Source: the human T2T-CHM13v2.0 reference genome, Homo sapiens
Direction: 5' to 3' (one strand)
DNA: 64,000 bases
Assembly: GCF_009914755.1 (NCBI RefSeq)
Contig: NC_060926.1
Each line of letters begins with the position of its first letter. Positions within the stretch are counted from its first letter, which is position 1. This document shows, in pieces, positions 19,389 through 32,597 of the stretch. Below the pieces are notes generated by a model. It saw only the letters and a program-made list of their open reading frames with translations. It did not search any database and had not been told where the DNA came from. Position numbers and translations under genes: made by a program.

Positions 19389-21298
19389 TTAGCTTGGCGT
19401 GGTGGTATATGTCTGTAGTCCAAGCTAACCAGGAGCCTGAGATGGGAGGATCGCTCGAGGCCAGGAGCTCAAGGTTAAAACAGGGGGGTATGATTGCACT
19501 CCCTATGATTCCAGCCTGGGTAAGAGACCAAGACCATCTCTTCAAAAAAAAACACACAAAAAAGAAAGAGCGCACTGAAACTTCCAGAGGGCAGAAAACT
19601 TGCGCTGATACATCCCAAACGCCAAAACCAGTGCCCAGCCCACGCATTGCACTCAAAAAATTGTGTTCAAAGAAGATTGATGTCTGCCTCTACTACACTG
19701 TATTAACCCATGACTGTACACTAACCTATGAGCCTCTTGTGTCTTCATTTTTTAAATGAAGGTAACTTAAGAGAATACTTGTTACCCCAGGATTGAGTCT
19801 AAGTCTTCAAAGGTAAAAGGCAGAAATGAAAGATGTCATAATGTGAAAATGTTCATTAATGAGCTATTTTCTTGATCTCTGTCCATGAGATTTGATTACA
19901 GTAAACCTTAGGCAAAAAAATGCAAATGAAATGGAAACTCAGAAGTAAAATCACAAATTTGGCAAAGAAGCAGAACCTTATGAGATTGATCAAAGTGATA
20001 ATAGATGTTAATTTTTTTAGGTTTTATAATAGTATTGGTATTGCTTTTTTTAAAAAATTCCTTTTCCTTTGAAGATATATACTGGAAACATTCATGAATA
20101 AATAATATACTTCAAAAACAATGGGGAAAGGGGATGATGAAAAGAACATAACTGGCCATGAGTTAATTAAGTGAAGATAGGTGATGAGGTTCATTATATT
20201 GTCTTTTGAATATTTGATATTTTTCATAATAAAAAATATGTAATGAAAAGAGTTTAAATATTAGAAAACTTCAAATCAGAAACACACATATGCTCATTGG
20301 CCAGTGATGTTCAGGAAGAAATAGCCAATTAACTAGTGAAAAGAAAACGACAAGCTGTTTTCAAGAAATTACTGAGAGATCTCTGGAAAACAGTAAGGGC
20401 CTCAAATATTTTTGAAAAAAAAGTATATGTGTGACATCATCATGAAAAATCAAATGTATGCATGTGTAGAGACAGAGGGTATACAGGAACTCTATACTTT
20501 CCATTCAATTTTGCTGTGAACCTAAAATTGCTCTCAGAAATAAAATTTTTGAAAAAATCAAATATGAAATATGTCTTATTGTGCTATTACATTATACAAC
20601 TTTATCAAAGAAATTCATGTTCTCCAAAATCAGTTCCTTTTTTTTCCCCTTATGGAAAATCAACTTTCTCACTACAAAGAAATTTTGGTTCCCATTTTGA
20701 ATGATCACTTAACAACAAAGTAAAACCTCTTCTATCACTCTCTCTAACTGGTTCTCACTGATGAGTTTGGTAACTTGTCAAGATTTCAAGATTCATTTAC
20801 AAATAAAACCACTTGCATTTATTGTGTACTTCAATTTCAATACTCAAACATTAGATACTCTTAGGTGCCTCATACCAGACAATGCAGATTCAGCAGTTAG
20901 CATTTCCTTTCTTTCCCAACACGGGGATGATATGAATGTGGGTGCTCCTGTGGCCACTTATTACTTTCCACAAGAGAAGGTTTGTGTATTTGATAACTCA
21001 TACCTTGACTACACCTAAGTTTCTGGTGGTTACATAATCTAATCAAATACATTATGTGGTTTCAACTGGGATAATCAATCCACGAAGGCTGCATAATATT
21101 TGTAATAATAAAACAACTGTACTTTCAATTCTAAAGGGTGCCACAGTTTTAATTAGCAATTAAAATGACTTCACATTATAATATAGTCACTTAATCATAA
21201 AACAATACAAAACATGTCACTGTAGCAAACAAGGAATCTAAATTTGCTTCATCTTACACCAAACCCACATACTTCACTAAAATCAAAATTCTGTTTAA

Positions 21299-21332
21299 AC
21301 ACACACACACACAGACACACACACACACACAC
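21299..21332. repeat. (CA)n microsatellite with one interruption
   Basis: Read directly. Confidence 0.95.
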
Positions 21333-23857
21333 GAATCATGGATGGGATAAGTTGTAGGAAACAGTAATCCATTCGCTTATTCTCCATCCTTTTCCCGCCC
21401 TTTCCTCCAGACCAGTTTACCAGTTTAAAAGGAACAAAGAACTAGAAAGGCCAAGTGATTTTTTTTTTTTTTTTGTAAGACAAGAGTCTCCCTCTGTCGC
21501 CTAGCCTGGAGTGCAGTGGCGCCATCTCGGCTCACTGTAGCCTCTGCCTCCCAGGTTCAAGCGATTCTTCTGCCTCAGTCTATAGGCGAGTGCCACCATA
21601 CCAGCCTAAATTTTGTATTTTTAGTAGAGACAGGGTTTCACCATGTTGGCCAAGGAACTCCTGACCTCAAGTAATCTCAGCCTCCCAAAGTGCAGGGATT
21701 ACAGGCGTGAGCCGCCACACCCAGCGCATCCAAGTGATTTTTCCAGCAGTATGTTGTGGAGCCCTGAGGTTTCAAGAGTTCTACTATCAAGGAAGTATTT
21801 TTTTTTTTAATGAGTGGGGTTTTAATTTGCCTGAGGAATCCAATTTCAAGTTTAAAATTTTGGTTGTGTGTTTTTTTGTTTTTTTTTTTTTTGAGTCAGA
21901 GTCTCGCTCTGTCGCCCAGGCTGGAGTGCAATGGTGCAATCGCAGCTCACTGCAGCCAGCCTCTGCCTTCCGGGTTCAAGCAATTCTCCTGCCTCAGCCC
22001 CCCGAGTAGCTGGGACTACAGGCACCCGCCATCATGCCCGGCTAACTTTTTTTTGTATTTTCAGCAGAGACGGGGTTTCACCATGTTGGTGAGGCTGGTC
22101 TCGAACTCCTGACCTTGTGATCCACCTGCTTCAGCCTCCCAAAGTACTGGGATTACAGGCGTGAGCCGCCGCGCCCAGCCAAAATTTGGTTTTTTAACAC
22201 TCCACTACTGGCACTACATGGTGACTCACGCCTGTAATCCCAGCACCTTGGGAGGCCGAGATCTCGGGCGGATCATTTGGGGCCAGGAGTTTGAGACAGC
22301 CTGGGCAACATGGCAAAACCCCCTCTCTAATAAAAATACAAATATTGGTCAAGTGTGGTGGTACTCACCTGTAATCCCAGCTACTTGGAGGCAGAGACAT
22401 GAGGGTTGCTTGAACCTGGGAGGCAGAGGCTGCAGTGAGCCGACATTGTGCCACTGCACTCCAGCCTGGATGACAGAGCGAGACTCTGTCTCAAAAAATA
22501 TAAAAATAAAAAATAAAACACTCCACTACTTAATTTAAAGTTTGAAAAACCACTAATAATCTAAAATCTTGCCAGGATAATAATGTTAGGCAGGCCACGG
22601 TGGCTCACGCCCATAATCCGAACACTTTGGGAGGCCGGGGTGGCCAGATCATTTGAGATCAAGAGTTTGAGACTGGCCTGGCCAACATGGGGAAACCCTG
22701 TCTCTACTAAAAATACAAAAAAATTAGCCAGGCGTCGTGGCACATGCCTATAATCCCAGCTACTCTGTCTCCAAAAAAAAAAAAAGATAATAATGTTGGA
22801 GGCAAGGCCAGATACACCTCACGTACAGATAACCTGAGGTGTTCTAACGAGCACCCGCAGCCCCTCATGAAAGGTCCAGAAAGGCAAGAGGGCAAAATCA
22901 AGTTTTTTGGGGTTTTTTTCTTTGTTGTTGTTTTTAAGATGGAGTCTCGCTCTTTTGCCAAGGCTGGAGTGGCGCTTGGCTCACTGCAACCTCCACCTCC
23001 CAGATTCAAGCGATTCTCCTGCCTCAGCCTCCTGAGTAGCTGGGATTAAAGGCGTGCACCACCATGCCAGGCTAATTTTCTTAATTTTAGTAGAGATGGG
23101 GTTTCACCATGTTGGTCAGGCTGGTCTCGAACTCCTGACCTCATGATCCGTCTGCCTCGGCCTCCCAAAGTGCTGGGATTACAGGCATAACAAAATCAAG
23201 TTTTAAGAATACCTTTCTTCAACTCCCTTCATTCTCTACATGGGCCATACAAGTTATCTACCAATATTTCACTCACAGTGTCCATGAGCTGTCTGCCATT
23301 GTCCAAAGACCATTAATTTGTTCCTACTTTCTCTAATTTGTTTCAACTTCTCTGATTTGTTTCTTCCCTTATTAAAAATTTCCCTTGTGATGTGTTACAT
23401 CACACAACCTCTCTTGACCAGACAGTTCTAGTACTTTAAATTGTCTGTACAGGAAAGCCTCTATCACATGGCCAAGTATTTAAAAATATAGAAATAACCT
23501 TTTTTCAGAGATGTTAAACAGACCTGCAAGTTTCTAAATGGACTGAACTACTAAAAATGAAGAAAAAAGTCAAAAAGAAGGCTGGGGCGGTGGCTCAGCC
23601 TGTAATCCCGCACTTTGGGAGGCCGAGGCACACAGATCACCTGGGTTCGAGACCAGCCTTGCCAAAATGGTGAAACCCCGTCTCTACTAAAAATACAAAA
23701 ATTAGCCAGGCGTGGCAGCGCACAACTGTAATCCCAGCTACTCAGGAGGCTGAGGCAGGAGAATCGTTTGAACCAGGGAGGTGGAGGTGGAGGTTGCAGT
23801 GAGCCACGATAGTGCCACTGCACTATCTTGTGTCTGGGCAACAGAGTGAGATTGTCT

Positions 23858-23897
<40 letters not shown>

Positions 23898-24326
23898 AAA
23901 AAGAGGGACCAAATGTAAAGCCTGAGAACCTTCCAAACCAGAACTTGGTCCCAAACACACCTCTGATGTCCAGATTACGGGTGCACATTTCTGATCAGCA
24001 AGATAGTCCCAGTAACTCTCAACTGCATTTACACTTTGGTCTTTAGGAATGTACTTGATCTATGCAACTGTTTCCAGTATTTTACAAATTATTCAAACAG
24101 TTCTTGTAGAAAGATACACACAATGACTGATGTGAAGCTTGACAGGATTAAAAAAATAAAACTGCAGAATACCAGAGTAGAAATGCTTCTCAAGAATTTA
24201 GTCCAGGCCGGGTGCGGTGGCTCACACATGTAATCCCAGCACCTTGGGAGGCCGAGGTGGGCAGATTGCTTGAGGTCAGGAGTTCAAGACCAGCCTGACC
24301 AACATGGTGAAACCCTGTCTCTACTA

Positions 24327-24635
<309 letters not shown>

Positions 24636-26758
24636 CAAAGTACTAAATATGATCACCACTCAGCTTTCGTCACACGTTTTGGCATTATTCAGATGTTCAC
24701 TTATGCAACACAGAAGGCTTAAAAAACAACAAGCACAACTATGAACAGGTCACCTTAACATGACTTAGGAAAAAAACACACCCAAGATCACAACATGTCC
24801 CACCGCATTCAAAATGTCTCATAGTGCAATATCAAGAATCAGTTTCCAGCATCTAACCACTATTCCAAAATAAAATTCTACCCAGTAGCATTTCTTGCTG
24901 GTTATTTAGCTATAAATGGTTATGGGTTCATGGGTATTAAGCCATCAGCTATCTGCAATCCAGCCCTAAACACCAAACATTAGCTCCATTGTTATTTTTA
25001 GCCCTTTCTAGGTACAAACTTTTATCTAATAAGCCAAAACAATAACAAAACTCGGAGTGCTAATTTACCAAACTTGTTAACAATAAATACTTCAGAAAAC
25101 AATGCTTAACTATGCCTTGGTAGATTCTAGGTTTATAAATCCAAAGCAGATATGCCTTCACACCATGGCATATTTATATAATGTACACTAAAAAAAGCTG
25201 TTTGCGTCCCCAAAAATGGTAGGTATTCTCTGGCAAGTCTAATCCAAGTGATTAAAATGGGGAATTACTGTAACAAAGTGACTATTTTTACTGTGCCTGA
25301 GCAACACAAAAACCTAAGAGTCTCACTTGAAAAAGCATTTGGATTTTAACTATTTATAAAATATTCTTTTTTGACTAAACGTGGTTCTCCCTGTTGCATT
25401 CCTGCTTCTGCCGCCCCTCACCTCCATTCTCCTAAGGATCCTAACACGAAAAACTTCATTATACTCTAGTCAAGGGGAGAGCTGTTAACCTTGACATTTT
25501 ATGATCACTCTCTGAAGAGGGCAAATTACATGTTTTAGTTTTGCTTCTTTTTAATTAAAAAGGTCCCACCCACCCCTCAAGTGGAAATGAGAAATTTGTC
25601 AGAGGCCCCTTAATAATTGGCAGATGAGAATCATCCAGTGAATATACACAAAACTATTACAAAACCCTGAGTCATCACTCAGTTCAATCAGCAGCTTTGG
25701 GTAAACACTGAATGAGTGAGTTATGTCTTGTGTGTTCACCCGTCCATACCCACATGCGTGAACATACCATGTTACTAGATTTTATGTACAGTTAACCAAA
25801 CAAGATACAGCAAAATTCTTTCTTAAAAAGCTCTTCGGACACAGTAAAGATGCCCATCCAGCAAGTAAATGTAACCTTTTTCCCCCACTGTATTTTCACT
25901 CGTTTTTTTTTTTTTTTTTCCTAATTTCAGTGACACTATAGTTTGAAGCTAGTTTACAAACAGAACTCCTGAAACTGATTTAGGTAATCTCTTAATCTGA
26001 GTAACTCAAAAAATTAACACAAGCCTGATACTAATATCGCCCTGGACATCCTGACAGTGCTCTTCCCTACTTTCCTCAGTATCTTAAATGTCTCTCCAAA
26101 AGAAATGTCACAACAGGAGCAACACACAATCCAAAACAACACTGTCCACATAAGACGTTAAGCTCAAGAATGAGGTCTGACTTTAAACGACCCTTTTCGA
26201 TCAACTCCGCCAGGTCTGAGAGGGCCCCCAAAAAGCAAAACCCTTAAGTTTCCCTATGGTCTTCTCTCCATTCAGAAAGTTACTAGACGCCAACGGAGAT
26301 GCGAAGAGGCGGGGATCGTAGGGGAAGGAAGAACCGGAGGAAGCAAGGAGACAAGTCAAGGAACTCCCCCAAAGACAAATTCTCTTTGCCCCGCCTCTCC
26401 CATGCGCAAAAGTCCACGGAGGACCCTTGAGAAAGGCTCACCTCTCTCCCTCGGGGCCGGGGCCCTTGGGCTACCCAGGGCCCCCCAGGTGGGAAGACAA
26501 CAACCCGAACACTTCGGGAGAAGCAGATGCGGAGGACGTAGAGGGATGGTAAAGACCCGGGAAGTCCCGTAGGAAAGTGGCAGGGAGGACGGCTTGAGTA
26601 CTTCACAGGCTCTGTCACGACCCTGGGATCACCGCTCGGGGACAGCTCCAGCGAGGACAGAGCTAAGGGTCCAGCCCTCTGGACAAAGAGCAACCATCCC
26701 CGACACCTCTCACTGAGCCTTTCCCCCCGGCCCGGCCCGCAGGCCCGGGCACACTTAC

Positions 26759-27000
26759 GTGGAGAGTTTCCTGGTCCAGAAGAGGCCCCCGGGCCACAGC
26801 TCTTGGAGCTGCACGGCCCGGCCCAGGTTGCATTTGATCTGGGCCAGCTGCAAGTCGGACTCGGCGTCTAGCCGCTCCGCGTAGGGCAGCAGCTTGTTGT
26901 AGACGATCTCCTTCTGCGGGACGAAGCCCCGCGGGCCCGGCTCGGGACGCCCGCCCGGCTCCGGGGGCTCTCCGACTCCCGCCCGCTCGGCCGGCTCCAT
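26759..27000 (-). CDS. PSME4: PSME4 (PA200, proteasome activator subunit 4) coding exon 1, 242 nt
   Basis: Translates [80 protein letters not shown](T), the recognised PA200 N-terminus. ATG is the reverse complement of CAT 26998-27000. Donor GTAAGT is the reverse complement of acttac 26753-26758. Lies in a CpG island. Confidence 0.97.
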
Positions 27001-27233
27001 GAGCCCAGGGACACCCCCCCCACCCCCTCCCACCCGAACCCTCCCCGGCCCCCACCCCTCTCCGGGCTCCGCCTCCTCCGCGTCTTCGTCGCCCTGCGGC
27101 CGCTGGCGGCCCGTCGCCCTCGGACCGATCGCTAGGCCCCCTTCCCTGGCCGGCGTGCTGCTGGGCCCCACGCGGCTCTCAGTTCGTTGGCGGCGGCAGC
27201 GGCCGCTCTGCCCGCCCCGCACCGGCTCTGCTG

Positions 27234-27244
27234 GTGACGCTGCA
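27234..27244 (+). promoter_or_regulatory. Antioxidant response element (ARE) core GTGACGCTGCA
   Basis: Matches RTGAYnnnGC(A) about 235 nt upstream of the PSME4 ATG. AREs bound by NFE2L1/NFE2L2 are typical of proteasome gene promoters. Confidence 0.55.
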
Positions 27245-27280
27245 GCCGCCGGGCCCAGAGGTTCCGGACCGGCCTCAAGT

Positions 27281-27304
27281 CACTTCCGGGGCGGGGCGGG
27301 GCGG
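27281..27304. promoter_or_regulatory. ETS/GABPA site fused to overlapping Sp1/KLF GC boxes
   Basis: cacttccggggcggggcggggcgg read directly from the sequence. Confidence 0.7.
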
Positions 27305-28230
27305 AGCGACGGCGTCGGGGGAGGCGGTGGTGGCGGCAGCTGGAGCCCAACGGGCTGCGCCTTCTTCGCCGTGTGCCCGGCTCGGAGCCCCCACCCCAGG
27401 CCTCACCGGCCCAGCGCGAGGCTGCCTCACCGGAAACACGAGGCCGAATTCCAAGCTATTGTCCTGCTTCGCCGGGGGTCGCGCACTCCAAGCGGCAGCC
27501 CACTGGAGTCCCAGTCGCCACGACAGGCGGCAGCCAGGTCGGCCTGGTCCCCCTAGCCGAGCAGCCCCGGCTTCTGGGTTAGAGGGGTTTATGGAAAAGC
27601 CTACGTACCCACTTGCTCCTTATAGATTTATTTACTCCATCCCGCTTGTTCCTTATAGATTTAATTTTTCTGTCCCCTTTAAGTCCCCATCTTTCTGGTA
27701 TTCTGGCCGCCATCATTCCAAAGAAGAAAATAGTTACTCGCTGAACAAATGCTATTTGAACAGCTGTTTTGTGTGTAAGGCGCTCAGTTTAGGCTATTGA
27801 GATAGAAAGTTTAACCTGGTTTCCGCCCTCCCAAGGACTTAGTCTAGCAGAGATAAAGACGTGAATTACAAGATAATGCTCTTAATTGCTAGATAAGTAC
27901 AAGAATCCTTAGGAACTCTACAAAGAAGTTGAAACTAGGGGGTTTGAGAGGGTGTCATTTTCCTAGAAGTGATACTTAATTTAAGCTATGAAGGTTGAGT
28001 GCAAAGTTGGTTAGAAAAAGGAGGGAGGAGGACACGTATTTCAGCTGAGAGAACAGCTTTGACGCTGCAAGCATGTATTCTAAAAATTCAAAGTTCAAAA
28101 TAGCGTAAGAGAGGGGACGGAGAAATGAGACTGAGAAGGAAATCCTAAGGAATTCAGAGCTTTATCCTAGAGACAAACTTCCAAAAGATTTTAAGCATAG
28201 CAGTGGGATGATATAATTTACATTTTTTAA

Positions 28231-28600
<370 letters not shown>

Positions 28601-28603
28601 TCA

Positions 28604-28914
<311 letters not shown>

Positions 28915-29554
28915 TCATGGCCTGGATGTCAGTTGAAATTGAGAGCTACTTCAGCAGAATGGCTTGGGCTTAGTAGTTGACTGAAAGTGAAAAATTAAAA
29001 AGGAAAGAGACAAGACGACGCTGGGTAGATAGGTGAAGTCCTTCACTGAGATAAAGAACACAGCAGAAACAGCTTGGGAGGCAGAATGCCTATGGGATGG
29101 GTATGTTGACATATGTATCAGGAGGGTGATCTAAACTGAGATGCAGATTAGCGTGTAGATGGACGACAGGAGGGAAGGAAATATACAGTATGAAAAAATA
29201 GGGCCCTTCACAAATCTCTGAGGAGCCCCACATTTAAGGACAGACAGAGAAAAGGAAGGTAGGCCACAAAGAATATTCACAAAAAGCAGAGAGAGGAGGA
29301 GTTCTAGGAAACTGGGTGTCTCATGGAGAAGCGAACAATCCTACCTTAGGTAGCTAACAGGTCAAATGAAGTGAAACCTGAAAGGGTTTATTGGATAGTT
29401 TATTGATAAAGCGCATAAGAACAGTGTCGTTGGAGTGTAGAATAGAAATCTGATTATGGTGACAAAGGACAAATGGGAAGTGAATAAATAGAGGCAGCAA
29501 ATATGGACAACCTTTTAAAAAATAATGGGGTAGGGAGAGCCGGAAAGAGATGAG

Positions 29555-30018
29555 TGTCAGGCCTCTGAGCCCAAGCTAAGCCATCATATCCCCAGTGACC
29601 TGCATGTATACATCCAGATGGCCTGAAGCAACTGAAGATCCACAAAAAAAGTGAAAATAGCCTTAACTGATAACATTTCACCATTGTGATTTGTTTCTGC
29701 CCCACCCTAACAGATGAATGTACTTTGTAATCTCCCCCACCCTTAGGAAGTTTCTTTATAATCTCCCCAACCCTTAAGAAGGTTCTTTGTATTTCTCCCC
29801 ACCCTTGAGAATGTACTTTGTGAGATCCACCCCCTGCCCCCAAAACATTGCACTTAACTCCACCACCTATTCCAAAACCTATAAGAACTAATGGTAATCC
29901 CAACACCCTTTGCTGACTCCTTTTTCAGACTCAGCCTGCCTGCACCCAGGTGAAATAAACAGCCATGTTGCTCACACAAAGCCTGTTTGGTGGTCTCTTC
30001 CCACGGACACGCGAGACA
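29555..30018 (+). mobile_element. Solo HERV-H LTR (LTR7B-like), 464 bp
   Basis: Begins TGTCAGGCCTCTGAGCCCAAGCTAAGCCATC and ends in CA. Perfect 5-bp TSD ATGAG (29550-29554 and 30019-30023). U3 tandem repeats, TATAA at 29880-29884, AATAAA at 29954-29959. Confidence 0.92.
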
Positions 30019-30026
30019 ATGAGGAG
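29965..30026 (+). CDS. ACYP2: Candidate LTR-derived first coding exon (62 coding nt, MLLTQSLFGGLFPRTRETMR-) of a long ACYP2 isoform
   Basis: gccATG at 29965 and donor GAG|GTACTT after 30026. Candidate acceptors are tgctgactcctttttcAG (AG 29927-29928) and cacccAG (29948-29949). The gene assignment rests on recalled annotation of the locus; no acylphosphatase domain is present in this window. Confidence 0.6.
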
Positions 30027-30062
30027 GTACTTGGAATAAAAGGAGGGATTTTTGAATGTGGG

Positions 30063-30138
<76 letters not shown>
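30063..30138. repeat. Compound microsatellite (AT)7(TG)14(AT)9 followed by poly-T, in an Alu tail
   Basis: Read directly. Confidence 0.95.
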
Positions 30139-30154
30139 GAGTCTCACTCTGTAG

Positions 30155-30358
<204 letters not shown>

Positions 30359-31156
30359 TGATCCGCCCGCCTTGGACTCCCAAAGTGTTGGGATTACAGG
30401 CTTGAGCCACTGAGCCCGGCCATATTTAGATATATTTAAATATGGATGAAAAGGAGCCAGTGGAGAGAGAAGTTAAAGATATTGGGTGAGGACGACAAAG
30501 AGCGGAAGAGAATGTGGAGTCATTGACCTTTAGAAGCAAATCAAACTGTGCTTCCATTGTCAGAGGAGGAAAGCAGGGAAGGAAGCATAGGTGCAGATGC
30601 TGGAATGTTTGGTACTGGAAGTTGGAGAAGTTCTTTCTATAGTTTCTATTTTTTCCTATGAAACAAGACAATGAGAATTATAGGGAAGTGGTAGGTAGAT
30701 TTGAGGAAATTGAAGAAGCCTTAGAGTAGTCTCAGAATTCAGAAAATTGATTTAAAAAGTTAGAATTGTTTGGCAGGTAAGGCTGGAAGCTTGAATTTAC
30801 TATTATCTATCTGCACAATTTAATGATTTTTTCCCTAATACTGTTTAGTGGCCCAGGATTGTGTGACATACAGTATATACTAGTGACATACTAGTATAAT
30901 AGAATGACAAAAGATCAAGATAATGTTTTTTATGTTGCCAGTAGTGATGGTAGTGTTAGCTATCATTCATTGAGCATTTCTGTCTGCCAGTGCTTTACCT
31001 ACATTATCTCACTGAATTCTCTAGAGATAATTGAGTTGAGAATATTTGAAAGAGAGTGGTTAAAGTCTAAGTTTGGTTGACGTGTAAGTGAAGAGAGTAG
31101 AGAGCTAATAGGGAAGGAGAAGAGAGATGTCAAGACACTTACATGCTGATGAGCTA

Positions 31157-31429
<273 letters not shown>

Positions 31430-31853
31430 TCAAAAAAAAAAAAAAAAAATTCAGAGAAGCAGTTCCAGATGACAATGAGCTCCCTAGAAACAAACATCTG
31501 AACTGGAAAAGTTGAAGAAATTACGGGAGCAAGCAAAATAAGGTCTCTTCCTCTTATTCTAAATAAAGTTTCATGGAGAACACTATTGAAATGCTTCCCA
31601 GTGAGAAAGTTAGAAGACCTTTCTTTCGGGGAGCTGGTCTGCTCATTAGTGGAGACAGTAACCCAAAGTCTGGGGTGGATTTTCTCTTCTCAGTCCAACT
31701 TGTTATCTCTTGAAGGTCAGGAGACACTGCCAAAGGATAACAGCACGTTATCCTTTTGAGGCTGGGCTGGGTGGCTCACGCCTGCAATCCCAGCACTTTG
31801 GAGAGACAAGGCAGGCGGATCACAAGGTCAGGAGATCAAGAGCATCCTGGCTA

Positions 31854-32063
<210 letters not shown>

Positions 32064-32420
32064 TTATCCTTTTAACCAGACCTGGAGGGAGACACTGACT
32101 TCTTATCAGACCCTCAAGGAAACAGACTATAATCACTCTTCTTGCAAGACCCAGAAAATGCAGTGGCCCTTCAAAGAAAATATTCTAAAGAGAGAGGTTC
32201 CTTCTCCAGCTGGAGGGATTAGCAGAGACAATTTTCAATCAAATATTTATGTCTTTGATGTGCTTATTGGAACACTAATTAATCACTTATTAGCAGTGAA
32301 CAAAAAATGACAGGTTATTAGTGTCACATCTTGCCCATCTTAGTTTTCTCTGTATATATGATATACTTGGGGCTAGAGATATATTGGCAAGTGAATGAAT
32401 CTCTGTTGCCAGAAACATAA

Positions 32421-32597
<177 letters not shown>

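Larger units (their letters stand above)
26280..27620. promoter_or_regulatory. CpG island, probable bidirectional promoter (PSME4 minus strand; ACYP2 long isoform plus strand)
   Basis: Abrupt rise in GC and CpG content spanning PSME4 exon 1. No TATA box seen. Contains ETS motif CACTTCCGG (27281-27289) and tandem GGGGCGG boxes (27288-27304). The head-to-head ACYP2 assignment is recalled knowledge. Confidence 0.88.

Noticed and set aside
21299-21332. (UG)n in PSME4 pre-mRNA as a TDP-43 cryptic-exon marker
   Set aside because: I could not identify a convincing adjacent acceptor/donor pair by eye.
26283-27055. Minus-strand ORFs 26283..26693 and 26663..27055
   Set aside because: An alternative frame of exon 1 and GC-rich intron 1 sequence, with non-ATG starts and no recognisable homology.
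26999-27800. Long plus-strand ORFs 26999..27556 (185 aa) and 27234..27800 (188 aa)
   Set aside because: Pro/Arg/Gly/Ala-rich shadows of the CpG island. The first ATG is simply the CATG palindrome of the PSME4 start. No recognisable domain.
29720-29835. Regularly spaced ~30-bp repeats resembling a CRISPR array
   Set aside because: These are the U3 tandem repeats of the HERV-H LTR. There are no unique spacers or cas genes, and the context is eukaryotic.
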